From the human T2T-CHM13v2.0 reference genome, Homo sapiens, in NCBI RefSeq assembly GCF_009914755.1, contig NC_060929.1: a stretch of DNA of 64,000 nucleotides, one strand, 5' to 3'. The number at the start of each line of letters is the position of its first letter. Position 1 is the stretch's first letter. This document shows, in pieces, positions 13,025 through 27,016 of this stretch. A program made the position numbers and the translations under genes. The notes under the pieces were generated by a model, which did no database searches, was not told the DNA's origin, and saw only the letters and a list, made by a program, of their open reading frames with translations.

Positions 13025-14367
13025 TTAGTAATTTATTGACTCAAATACTTTATGCCTTCTATTTCACATTTTTTACAGGTTTATAAGTCTAGATACCTAT
13101 GTCAATTAGTGAATTTTCTACCAAGAGTTCATGTTTTGTTGCTTAAAGGCAGATAATTTTTTTATTTAAATAATATTAAAAAGAGGAAAATATTTCAAAA
13201 TACCAAGATTGGGAGGTGTCTGGGAGATTTATATGTATTGCTTTTATTAACTGTCTAGCACTGGATTTATAAACCAGCTTATTTTTTTAATTTAAAAGCT
13301 CTCTGCCTTGCAATTTAATTCACATGATCTGCATTAACCATGCCATATTCAAAATTTCATTGATAAATTCTATCCAGTAGTCAATATCGAATTGTAAACT
13401 GATGTAATGTGCTTTAAAATATGAAGATTTAATCTTTAAAATATGAATATTTGATTGAATAATTACTACCACTAAAATCATGTTTACTTATTAGAATTAT
13501 CATATAGGAATTGTTTTATAATGTATATGTTAATTGAATGTGATTTCTTGATACTTAGGATATACGTTAAGTATACATAAACAAATTGGAAATAAAGTTC
13601 TGATATACTGTTCCATGAAAGTTTCAAATCTTTATATTAAAGATTACCATTTGAGTCAGAGGCAATGATAGGATTTTCTGTACTTTATCCACATGTTTAT
13701 ATATATACATATATATATGTTTTCATATAACCTTTCATAAGGATAGAAAAGAACTATGAATGTTTCTCCATCAGGCATCTTTCAAATACAACATAACAAT
13801 AACTTCCTTAAGTATTTTATTTAGGCAAAAACTATAAAATGATGGAATGGAAAAAGAATTCTCAATGATCAAACCAAAGCAATTATATTTGATTCTGAAT
13901 TTTAAAAGATTAGTCCATCAATTTATATTTAGAGGTTAGAAAACACATTCTGAGAGACAGAAAATTATATTACTTTTCTAACTTCCTGGAGAATATTGTG
14001 CTTTGTCAAATTTTACATTTATGAGAAGTTTTATATTAAAGCTATAAAATCTATCAGGGTAAGTTAATATGAGTATTTGAAAGTTTCACTGTTAAATTTA
14101 TATTATCACATATTAAATGAAAGAACTGTTAACTGTGTACTGAATTCAAAAGTTAATATAGCTTCTCTCTTTTTTAAGAAATGGGACACAATATTAAAAA
14201 ATTAAGGAGTTTTCAAATATTTATACTTAAATTTATATCTAAGGAATTATATATAGAATGCATACCTTTCAAGTAGATACTATTGTTGCTGTTAAGATTA
14301 TTGTCAACAAAATTTAAACACACAGACTATTAAATAAAGAAATTAAAACAACAAAAAATAACCTCTA

Positions 14368-14676
14368 GGCCAGGTGTCCTGGTTAACCTGTAATCCCAGC
14401 ACTTTAGAAGCTTGAGGCAAGAGGATTGCTGGAGACCAATAGTTTGAGACCAGCCTGAGCAGCAAACTGAGACTCTATGTGTATCAAAAAATGTTTTAAA
14501 AGTAGCCGGGTACTGAGGCAGGCACTTGTAATCCCAGCTACTTGGGAGGCTGAGGTGGGAGGTATGCTTGGGCCCAGGATTTTGAGGCTGCAGTGAGCTG
14601 TGATTGCACCACAGCCCTCCAGCCTGAGAGAGAGAGGAGACCTTGTTTCTAAAAACTAACTAAATAAACAATAATG
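14368..14676 (+). mobile_element. AluJ
   Basis: Dimeric Alu with J-type GAGGATTGCT(T/G)GAG and GAGGCTGCAGTGAGCTGTGATTGCACCAC; heavily CpG-decayed. Confidence 0.9.
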
Positions 14677-15525
14677 TAAAAAATCTCTCTTTAGGTGTAT
14701 GCTTCTCTTTGCCAGTGTTTAAGGGTTAAAAAAATCAATATGAGAGATTAACTAAAGTACCAATTTAGAGTTAAATGAGTGCATTTGCCACTTGAGTGCC
14801 GATTGCCTCGCATGACAGACAATATTAAGTGCTGATGACTTTAACTTTCACAAGTTTTACGCGATAGTGGGATAAATTTTTACTTAAAATGTGTTAAACT
14901 TCGGTTTAATTGCACTAATTAATGTCTCAATAGATATACTGTTGTATCTACCTCAAAATGCAAACACCAATGAAGTAATTCATCAGAAGACTTGATATGA
15001 ATAAAGAATGGAACAGTAAAGTTGAAGATAAAAAACACAGAAATTGAATAACAAATACAAGTAAGAAACAAGAAGAGTGATAAATAGCAGAACATGGCAT
15101 CCAAGAGCTGAAGGACAGCTCTGGATGCCTAACTTGAACGGATTCATGAAAGAGAACAAGGATGATAAATACTTAAAAACAAAATGAATGAGAATTTTCC
15201 AAAAGAAGTGAAGGCAATCAAATCGTAAATCCAAGAAACATTTCTAGAGATATAGGGGCTACGTAAACAAACTAAAAAAAAGGTAAAAAATTATATGAAG
15301 ACAAACATAGTTGTGTTGTATGTATTATATAGTTAAATATACGTTATACACAGGCACGAAGAAAAGAAGTACAGGAAACCTGTCCTCAAGAACTATTTAA
15401 CTGTATACTGGAAATTTTAACCAGTGTACTAAAGTAAGAAAAATAAACAAAAGGCATACAAATTGGATACGAAGAAATAAAACTCTATTTGTTTCGTGGA
15501 TGGTCTATGCACAGTATTCCATTAT

Positions 15526-15629
15526 GTACAAAATAATTAAAATTATTAGCAGTGAAGCTGCTAGAAATAAATTGTGAGTACAAAATAATTAAAATTATTA
15601 AAAGTGAAGCTACTAGAAATAAATTGTGA
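15526..15629. repeat. 52-bp tandem duplication
   Basis: GTACAAAATAATTAAAATTATTA..AGTGAAGCT.CTAGAAATAAATTGTGA twice. Confidence 0.9.
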
Positions 15630-15699
15630 GTTTTGTAATTTCACACTATGCACTATAACACTATAATGCTAATATACAGAATTATTTTTTATATATAAT

Positions 15700-16484
<785 letters not shown>

Positions 16485-17586
16485 CTATTAATGAACAATT
16501 GGAAATTAGAATTTTTTAAAGTTACATTTAAAGTAGCACAAGAAACATTAAATTCTTAATCTAAAAAAACATGGAGAAAGGGTAACAAAAACTAAAAAAA
16601 CACTGGTAAAAGAAATCAAAGAAGAAGTAAATAAGTAAAGAGCTTGGTAGCCAATATTGACAATAAATTAATTCTGTTCAAACCAATCAAAAAATTCAAT
16701 ACAAAAATTCAATCCAGTTAAAATTCCTAACAGGATATTTGCAACTAACAAACAAGCTCATTCTAAAACTTTCAACAGAGAAGCAAAGGAATTATAATGG
16801 AAAAATCATTTTGGCAATAAAAAAATTGAAGAATCCACTGATTTATATGTATACTATATACATATATGTAATATACATATGTATATCTGTTGGTGACTTT
16901 AACCATATGATTCATAATTTCAAAAACTGGTGAATAGTCAAAAAGTTATATACTGTATCTATTTAATATCACGTTAGGAAGAAAAAGAAACAAATCTGAT
17001 AACATAACAACATGAATGTGTCTCAGATTTATTATGCTATTTAAAAAGCCAGATTTAAAGGCCTATTCAGGATGCTGTTTGCTCCCTTGTGTATGACATT
17101 CTAGAAAATATAAAACCATAGGGACAAAGAACAGCGATTTCCAAAGACTGAGGGCAGCAGAAATACTGATTCAAAAGGCACAAAAGGGAATTTTTCTAGG
17201 TGATGGTACTGTTCTATATCTTGAGGATGGTATTTGTTATATAACCATCTATGTTTTCAACACACTGCATACTTAAAAAGATGACTTTTGGCATATATAA
17301 ATTTTAATTCGATAAACCTGAGTTTTTAAAACAAAGATTTTCTGTAACCAGTAGACTCATAACACTGTCTTCCTGCCATTGACTAAGATGGTTTCGATAG
17401 TGCATTCCTCTTGTTCATGCCAGCCAATGTGTCTTTTGTTTAACCAAAACCCTTGAAATATCTTTGCCTCAGGCTTTTATTGAAATTTCCTGTAATTTAA
17501 AGACTTCACCCTCCTATTCACAGGAGTTAGTATCTTGAAATGGTAATAACTTGAAAACAGCTATGGTGGGAGGACTTACTCTTTGA

Positions 17587-17948
<362 letters not shown>

Positions 17949-19820
17949 GACTTTCTTTTCATTTGGATCACTAGTTTACCAACATCACTGCCTTTACCCA
18001 ACTCTATTAACAATTATTTAACCTAGTTTATCAAGTCACTTGTCAAAATAGAGATTTATATTGTTTATATATTTAATATTTTACAAATCTGTATTTTTGT
18101 ACTTCACTATCTAATTAAACCTTTGGGGTAACTTTTATGTGTATCCCAAATAGGACAGGACAGTCATTCATTTCTTATAATGTATCAGCTAATTTCAAGG
18201 AGACATCGGAATTTTTGTGGAGACATCGGAATCTGAAGAGCAAAGTGATTCAAATTGGGTCACAGATTAAATAATTTTTAAAATGTTTACTTTAAATATC
18301 TTAAAAAACTTTAAGGAGAAAATTAATTTTTCTATATTGTTCTTGGCCTTAAAATATACATTAAGCATTAGTTTTCTGGCTTTTGATGTTTTTCATAAAA
18401 TTAGCTCAAAAAATGCAAAAAGCTTGTATGAATATATAAGGGCCTTTGTAATCATATTGTAATTGCTTGACATAGTTAATTTCTTGATTTCTGACTCTGG
18501 CATCTGAGTTTCATAATTGTTATGTAATTACTCTATTTTTTTAAATCATGTTTTTAAATGGAAGTTTCAGTCTCAGATCTTTTCTATTTCATGCAATAAA
18601 TAATTTTTAGCAGTAAAGAATTATTTGGCAATAAATATTTTTTGAGACGTCATGCTCCAATGATATAATTTAGTCCACTTTCTGCTTGAAAATATGCAAA
18701 GAAGAAATCTCTTGTTGGTATTAATTTCAGAAGTCGTCTTTGCACACACAATGATGATCATTCTGTTTTCCTTAGATAATTCATGGTAGTGTAACCCAAT
18801 AATATAATCTTAGATGTGTAACTTACATACATGCACGTGGCACATGAAGCATGTGGTGTACTGAGATGAAAATAAGCTTGTAAAAGTCATTGGTTACCTA
18901 ACTGCGGCTTGGTACCTAGCACACCCTACCTGCAACGGTCCCAACAGTTACACTGGCTCTATTTGACTTAGATGATGTAGGGGTGGGTTCAAAATCCCTC
19001 TCTTTTTCCTAATTACATACGACTGAGCATCCCTTCCCTTGTCTCAATCTGGGATTTTGAGAGTTTATTATAAGATCCCCAGTGAAAATCCACCCAGGTG
19101 GTTCTTCCCTACCCTCTTTAAATGTTCACACCCTAGTGTGAACAAGCTAGAAGTGGATTCTTTGAGGCAGTGACAACAGACCATGTTCAACTTCTACACT
19201 CCTTGATGTTTGTGTATTGGAAGAAGGTGTGACAAGATGCCAGGCACCAGAATTTCAGGTTGGTCTTTATGGAATTCTTGAACTCTAGGGCTGCATCCCT
19301 CCCTATAATGAGGCAAAGTTGGGGAAGTAGAAAGTTCAATGCAGCCTATGATTTTTACCTCATGGTTTTCTATAACCTAATACATATCACATTAAATTAT
19401 GTGTTAACTGGTGAGCATTCAAATTAATAGAGCATGCTGTACCAAAATATTGTCATTATTTTGGTTATTGTAAATTATATATGGCCATGATCAGTGCTAT
19501 AGGGCAAGACTATATCATTTTTTACTTCTAGGCTAAAAGGATTATGTTCCTACACATGAATTATGTAACTTTTTAAAAAAAATAGTGATATTTTTCTATT
19601 AGAAGTTAAAGCAATTAGTTCTTTACAACATTGGCTACGTACTCAAATCAACTGATTCCTGGGTTTCCCCTCAATCCAAGTAAATTAGGCAGAGAGCAAA
19701 ACTAAGGAACAGTATTTTCAAAGCTGACCAGGATTGACAATGACTGGTATTCAAATAGCTGTGAATTTGTGCAAATGTAGCAGAAGATAGCAAAGGGTTC
19801 TGGATATGCCAATTATTATT

Positions 19821-20383
19821 TATTTATTTTTATTATACTTTAAGTTCTAGGGTACATGTGCACAATGTGCAGGTTTGTTACATATGTATACATGTGCCAT
19901 GTTGGTGTGCTGCAGCCATTAACTCGTCATTTACATTAGGCACATCTCCTAATGCTATCCCTGCCCCCTCCTCCCACCCCACGACAGGCTCTGGTGTGTC
20001 GTGTTCCCCACCCTGTGTCCAGGTGTTCTCATTGTTCAATTTGCACCTATGAGTGAGGATATGCGGTGTTTGGTTTTCTGTCCTTGCGATAGTTTGCTCA
20101 GAATGATGGTTTCCAGCTTCTAGAACTGGAAAAACCATTTGACCCAGCCATCCCATTACTGGATATATACCCAAAGGATTATAAATCATGCTGCTATAAA
20201 GACACATGCACACATATGTTTATTGCGGCACTATTCACAATAGCAAAGACTTGGAACCAACCCAAATGTCCATCCATGATAGACTGGATTAAGAAAATGT
20301 GGCACATATACACCATGGGAATACTATGCAGACATAAAAATGTATGAGTTCATGTCCGCTGTAGGGACATGGATGAAGCTGGA
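19821..20383 (-). mobile_element. L1PA (PA4/5-like), 5'-truncated with 5' inversion
   Basis: Antisense 3' UTR at 19821-20120 joined to sense ORF2 end at 20120-20383; TSD CTGGATATGCCAATTATTATT at 19800-19820 and 20379-20399. Confidence 0.95.
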
Positions 20384-20739
20384 TATGCCAATTATTATTA
20401 AAATAATTTTTGGGTTAAGCTGATTTTTACTTTTCTGAAAGAAAGATCCAAACACAATGCCTATAATAAATCTTAGAAATTGTCTGTCTCCATTGGTGAG
20501 ATTAGTCAGTATAAACACTAACATATATAAATAAAACTAAACAACAGTTACTCTTTTCCATAATGTTATGCTTTTGTGTTCAATGAAATATTTAATTTAA
20601 TTACTAAATTTCTAGCATTTCTCTGAAGGATAAAACAAATAAGCAAACAAACAAAGTAACAAGAAAAACCCAAAATAACTTCAATGAATTAAAACTGTCT
20701 AGTGCTACCTTTCCTATAATTATTGTCACCAAATAAAGT

Positions 20740-21200
20740 GCCTATTGGACAGAGATGGCTGGTTCACTGCAATCTCCATTGACCCTTTCGCCATCAGTAA
20801 AAATGTCCTCTAATGCTTAGCCGGACACATGATCACCAGGAATAAATGCTATATTCCCAATCTTTTCTTAACATAGGGCATGACACATGTGACCAATTTC
20901 TGACCTATGTTGTGTAAGGGGAAGTAACGCGTGTAACTTCTGAGAAGCTGACTTACATGCAGGGGGCATGTCCTATCTCTGTGCTTTCTTCCTTCTTGGA
21001 AAGGCAGCTCTGATGGCTAGATCTGGGGCAGCCATGGGGCAACATGAGAAGCAGCAGTACTTGGAGGTGCAAAGCAACAAGATAATAGCCATCTGGATTT
21101 CTGATGATCATGAAGACATCATATCTGAACTGGGGTGTCTGCATATCCCTGAGAGGCAAAAAATGTCTATATTGTTTCCATGAGTTCTTAGCCTACACTG
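20740..21200 (+). mobile_element. Old MaLR/ERVL LTR (MLT1J-like)
   Basis: CTATATTCCCAATC...CATGTGACCAATTTCTGACC...GATGGCTAGATCTGGGGCAGCCAT. Confidence 0.6.
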
Positions 21201-21741
21201 CACATACGAGTTATCAGAGAACTTTCAAAATTTATCAAATGCCCAGTCCTATTAAGGTATCTGGAAACTTATTCTTGGACTATAATTTTCCACTGGGTCA
21301 ACTATAACCCAGGTTTATCTGTCTTCTATATCCAGAGACTGTACCCTGCTCCTATGCAGTCTTGCTCTCTCCATAGCTTCATATGTGCAGCAGAACTCAC
21401 CCTCTGCCTTCCATAACCAGGAGTGGGGCGCTACCTTCCCTCACCTGACTCCTGTGCTGCAGAAACTTGCTAAGAAACACGGAGCATATGTTTCAGACTC
21501 AGAATAAAATTATTTTTACAGTCACCAAGTTTTAGAGGTTCTGATTTAGTGTATCTGGGTGTGTCCAGGGTACCAGTGTGCTCCCTTCTCACTCAAATGA
21601 AAATTACTGGAACATGATGTTATTTGGTATTCAGTTACACAAAGCTGAGTGTAACTGATTGGTTAATAGTAAAAGTTTTGATTTCAGTAAAATAGTTGAA
21701 TTATTCTAAACCATAACTTTGTAGCTACATGATTTGGGTGA

Positions 21742-22044
<303 letters not shown>

Positions 22045-23610
22045 TGAGATGATGTTTTTGAGCCACAGTATTCCCATCAGTAAACCGGACATACTAATTG
22101 TAATTTCAGGTATTTTTGTGACACATATATTATTGAAATTATTATTATTAAATTACTGACTTTAATAATACATTCTTAAATTAGTTATTATTATAATAAC
22201 ATAATTAATATTGAAAGCAGTTTATAAACTTGCGTGGTGCTAGGGGGCACTACAATGTAAAGGAATTTATGTAATAAAAGTAAAGATGCAACGTTTGATT
22301 TTATTTTTCATGTTTTGTAATGCAAAAATTAACTGTCCTTTTATTTAAATTACAGCACATGCAAATTAACTTTTAGGTATATAATTATTCTGAATTATTT
22401 CAGAAAACTATTATGGTCTCATCACTGGATTAAAAAATGTAATAATATTCTCGGTTTAAAGAAAATGCACAGGTTTTAAATCCTCTGTGATAAGGGCCCA
22501 TGAACTTGGAGCTGCTGATTTTTTTTTTTTTTTAATTTGCAGGGTTTTTACATAACAAATTATCAGAAACCAAAGCACCCAGATATCAGACTATGAATAG
22601 AAAACATCTTTCCTGAACAAGTACAGGCTTTATTACTTAATTGTATTTACACTGATGAGTGCACACAAAGAAAAATCAATTTGTGGGAGTTTATTTCATT
22701 GGTATTGAAATTGTATCTTCCTTGAAAAACTTGGCACACAGTGCCTAGTTTGTCTCCCAGTTCATTATATTATTATTTTACTATATTCTGTGCTGTTATG
22801 TAGTTTTATATGGGCTCACTAGTTGAGTGTTCAAAATTGCTTTTCTAAACTATAGAATATTAACTTCCAGTATTTACCAAAAAAAAGTATTTATTTAAAA
22901 AATCACAATAAAAGGGCATAAAATAAATATAAATACTCAACATTTTCAAGGTTCTTGTGGAATCATTCTGAAAGCATTAAAAGGAGAGGCTGGAAATCTG
23001 CGTTTATAATATTGGTCATTTCCCTACCTACTTAATAGTAACATTAAAGCTTCCTCAGTATGCTTTCTGAAACAAGTAAAAATGTTCTTTTACCTTAACT
23101 TATACTGTGGAAAATCTCAAAGGAATGCTAGAAAACCATTCCAATGTACTCACCCAAACAACACAAAATACCCACACCTTCTCCAATTCAAGCAATCATT
23201 TAATTAATCGAAAGAGCTGAGATGCACTCCCTCTCTACCTCATAAGGGCTTCCATCATGAACTTGATTGTGTCCTAAATTCAGTCCTCCAGGAGAAGCTC
23301 ATCACCCTCCCCATGTCCTGAATGTCAGAATCCAAAGCTGGAAACTGCATCCTACTTAATCTTTATGTTTTTTGAAAAAGTTTATCTTTCTTCCCGGGAA
23401 TAAAAACATCTATTCTCTGAGGCACATGTAAGCATTTATCCTTCAGTATAATGAACTTTTTTAGTCATATTGTTAATGACAAGCTTACATAAATTTTTTT
23501 CTGCTCCCACCTTCAAAGCTCCAAGCCCTGTATTCTTACAGGATGATATTCATAAACTATTCGACCTTAGCTTCCCTCCACTTAAGCCTTTCTTGCTCAG
23601 AATCACTCCT

Positions 23611-24131
23611 TTTATTAGTTATCTGTTGATGCTTAACATATTACCTCCAAAACTTAGTGGATTAAAACAACAAACATTCATTATGCCAACTTCTCTGGGT
23701 CAAGAACTATATCAGAATTAGTAAGGCCCTCTAGCTCAAGGACTCTCATAAGGCTGCCATCATTTAAAAGCCTTACTTAGGGAAGATTCACTTCTAAGAT
23801 TAATCATGTGGCTGGGGGCAGTCCCCAGGTCCTTCCTTGCTGGCTGTGACTGGTGACACTGGCTCCGTGCTATGTGGACTTCTTAATAGGCAGCGCCCAA
23901 CATAGAAGTCAGCTTCCCTTACAATGAAAGAGAGAGAGAGGATTCCCAAGACAGAAGCCACAGTCTTTGTGCAATCTAATGTTGGAAGTGATATCCATCA
24001 CTTCTGCCACAGTCTATTTGATAGTGAAGTGAGATAAATTCAACTAGGACAACAGAGTAGAAGATTCCTCAAGGAGTTACCTCTACCAGGGGTACAAGTG
24101 ACATGGAGCAATTTTAGAGGCTGCTTACCAA
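23611..24131 (-). mobile_element. MLT1F-like MaLR solo LTR
   Basis: CAAAACTTAGTGGATTAAAACAACAAACATT...GGAAGTGATATCCATCACTTCTGCCA...TTAGAGGCTGCTTACCA. Confidence 0.8.
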
Positions 24132-24347
24132 ACCCATGAAATGTATAATGACAAAACATGATATTCCTCTTAAATGACTAAATAAGCACACCACTCTTTG
24201 ATCAATCTCCTGTCTGTTCAGTGTGGCAACAATTCCCACTGCAGCTGTTCTCCTGCCTCACTAAGACTTTCAATCCACTGGTGCCTCAGCCTTTGCCTAT
24301 AGCATTATGATCCTCCTGCGGTCAGTTACTCCCACAAGCAAACTAAC

Positions 24348-24470
24348 AATGGCTCTTCTCAACACTGGCTTTATGTTAGAATTGCCTGAGGAGGTTCCAA
24401 AGATACATATGAGTGCCTTGGCCCCAATTGAGATTGGCTGACCCAGTGTCTCTGGGACCTGGCATTCTAT
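24348..24470. mobile_element. MER5-like hAT DNA transposon fragment
   Basis: TTCTCAACACTGGCTTTATGTTAGAATTGCCTGAGGAG...CTGGGACCTGGCATT. Confidence 0.55.
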
Positions 24471-24569
24471 TATGATACTAATATGCAGCAATAGTTGGGA
24501 ATCGATATTGTAGATTCAATTACTGAATATTTTAAAATGTAATTGCCAGTAACATAAAACCAGAATTGA

Positions 24570-24770
24570 CATACTGCTTCCCTTGGGCTAAATACAATCC
24601 ATCTCCTATTTTTTAAATAAATTCTTATTGGAACGCAGCCACATTTTCTTATTGTCCATGGTTGCTTTTGCAGAACATGGGAGAACTGAGTACTTCCTAC
24701 AGAGACAATATGGCTCACAAAATAAAAATATTTACTATCTGGCCCTTTGCTTAAAAAAAAATTACTGAGT
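24570..24770. mobile_element. MER58A hAT DNA transposon
   Basis: AAATAAATTCTTATTGGAACGCAGCCAC...AAAATATTTACTATCTGGCCCTTT. Confidence 0.8.
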
Positions 24771-24801
24771 TTTGACCTATCCCCTTTCACATCTTCATTT
24801 T

Positions 24802-24832
<31 letters not shown>

Positions 24833-24879
24833 GTTGCTTTTGGTTTTGTCCTTTTTAGAAGCACATTGCAACCTCTTCT

Positions 24880-25500
24880 CTAGATGAACCCAACTATCTG
24901 ATTTCTGCATATTTCTCAGTCCATGACTGCTGCTGAAGAATGTCATGCAAGAAAACAAACTGATAATATTTTAAGACGATGATCACCATTGGAAACCGGG
25001 TTTTCAATTGTGCCTGACATAACTTTTTCAATCTCTACAATCCTCTAATTTCTGACACTCTCTTCTCCCTTCTCACTTCTCTCTCTCTGCAGATGACTTT
25101 GCTACTGCAACACAGAGAAAATATAAGTCTTTATACTCGTAGTCTTTCAACTACCTGGCACTAAATCAATATACCTGTCTCCATTTGCAACTATTATCTT
25201 TCTCCCTGATCCTGTCAAGATGATCTTACTCTTTGTTGTAGGCTACTTTCCTCCTCTGACTTCAGAATTAGTTCTCACCTGACATTAAGAGGAAATTTAC
25301 ATTGTTACCAATTTCTCTACTGAAAATCCAACTTTTTATTTCCACGTAGATGCTTCCCATCGTGGTTTCCATGAACTTTATTGTCTCAATGATTGTCATT
25401 TTAGATCTATAACTCTTTTTCTGAGCTTTGGGTCTATATAAGCCAAATTTCTGCTCAACGGAGCAACCATATCCCCACTTTAATTGGACAAGTCTCTCCA
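24880..25500 (+). mobile_element. L2 fragments (decayed)
   Basis: CTCTCTGCAGATGACTTTGCTACTGCAACACAGAGAAAATA and pyrimidine-rich context. Confidence 0.5.
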
Positions 25501-25754
25501 GAAAATAAATCTCCTATTTCCTGTTGTGTTAAATGAAGAATAATTACTAAGGTATTCAGTAATGATAAAGAATCTGGGAATTTAACTGTTCTTGATATGA
25601 AATTTCAAATTACACACTTTTTTTTGGGGGGAAGCCAAACCCACCTCCAGCATTTTATTCCCACACATGATAAGCTTGTCCAAGGTGTGTGTGGTTTGGA
25701 TGACTTTATATTTTGTTAGCTTTCCTCTTCCCTCTACATATGGACACTATGTTT

Positions 25755-26145
25755 TGTCAAAAGGAAATGTGTACACTGGATGCTTGTTAAAAATAGCAAG
25801 GAAGACTATTCAGGACTATAGCAATGGGGGAATAATATAGCTATAGTAGAGAGAGATTGAACTAAAATTTCTCCCAGCATGGAGCTGGAAATTTATAAGC
25901 AAAGAGCTGAGGGAGTGAGTCAGTGGATAGAAACTAATTAGATATTAAGGGTGGCGGGGGGTGGGGTGGCGGGGAGCGGGGTTCTTGCTAAACTGCATTA
26001 TTGCTAAAGGCATGCCAAAGTGATAAGATATCAAGGGCGAAGTGATTCTCAGTGAACTGGCTTAGCAGGCGTCTTTGTTAAACTGGGCCTGAGAAGAGGG
26101 ACTGGAGAAGAATGATTAAACTTTGGTCAAGATGGGAATCTGTCA
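25755..26145 (-). mobile_element. ERV1 solo LTR (MER31/MER67-like)
   Basis: TGTCA at both ends, TAAACTTTGGTCAAG, TTCTTGCTAAACTG; 4-bp TSD GTTT at 25751-25754 and 26146-26149. Confidence 0.8.
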
Positions 26146-26215
26146 GTTTTGGCCTTCTCTAATCTATGTCGTTACGCTGCTCGAGAGCTTGCTAAGATGT
26201 ATTCAAGAAGGCTAG

Positions 26216-26606
26216 TGTATTAGCTTGTTCTCACACTGCTGCTATAAAGAAACACTTGAGATGGGGTAATTTATAAAGCAAAGAAGTTTAATTGGCTCGC
26301 AGTTCTGCAGGCTGAACAGGAAGCATAGCAGCATCTGCTTCTGGGGAGGCTAAAGGGAGATTTTACTCATGGCAGAAGGCAAAGTGGAAGCACGAATCTT
26401 GCAAGGCAGAAGCAGGACTGAGAGGAAGAGAAAAGGTGCCACACACTTTCACCAACCATATCTCATGAGGATGCTATCATGATACAGCATCAAAGGGGGA
26501 AATCTGCCCCCATGATCCAGTCACCTCCCACAAGACCCCACCTCCAACACTGGGGATTACAATTCGGCATGAGATTTGGTAAGGGACACAGATCCAAATC
26601 ATATCA
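26216..26606 (-). mobile_element. MSTA MaLR solo LTR
   Basis: TGTATTAG...CAAATCATATCA; perfect 5-bp TSD GCTAG. Confidence 0.92.
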
Positions 26607-26638
26607 GCTAGTAATAAAGTGTATTAAGATTTAGGAGT

Positions 26639-27016
26639 TGATATGGTTTGGCTGTGTCCCCACTCAAAATCTCATGGTGAATTGTAAACCCCATAATCCC
26701 CACATGTCAAGGGAGAGACCAGGTGGAGGTAATTGAATCATGGAGGTGGTTTCTCCCAAGCTGTTCTCATGACAGTGAGTGAGTTCTCTCGAGATCTAAT
26801 GGTTTTACAACTGTTCGGCAAGTTCCTCCTCCCATCCTTCTTTTTCCTGCCATTTTGTGAAGAAAGTGCCTGCCTCCCTTTCACCTTCCACTACGATTGT
26901 AAGTTTCCTGAGGCCTCCCCAGTCATAGGGAACTGTGAGTCAATTAAACCTCTTTCTTTAATAAATTACTCAGTCTCAGGTATTTTCATATAGGAATGTG
27001 AGAAAGGACTAATACA
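26639..27016 (+). mobile_element. THE1 (C/D-like) MaLR solo LTR
   Basis: TGATATGGTTTGGCTGTGTCCCCAC...GGACTAATACA; TSD GGAGT/GGAAT. Confidence 0.92.

Noticed and set aside
24470-24958. 162-aa minus-strand ORF
   Set aside because: Runs through MER58A and a (CT)n tract; no coherent protein features.
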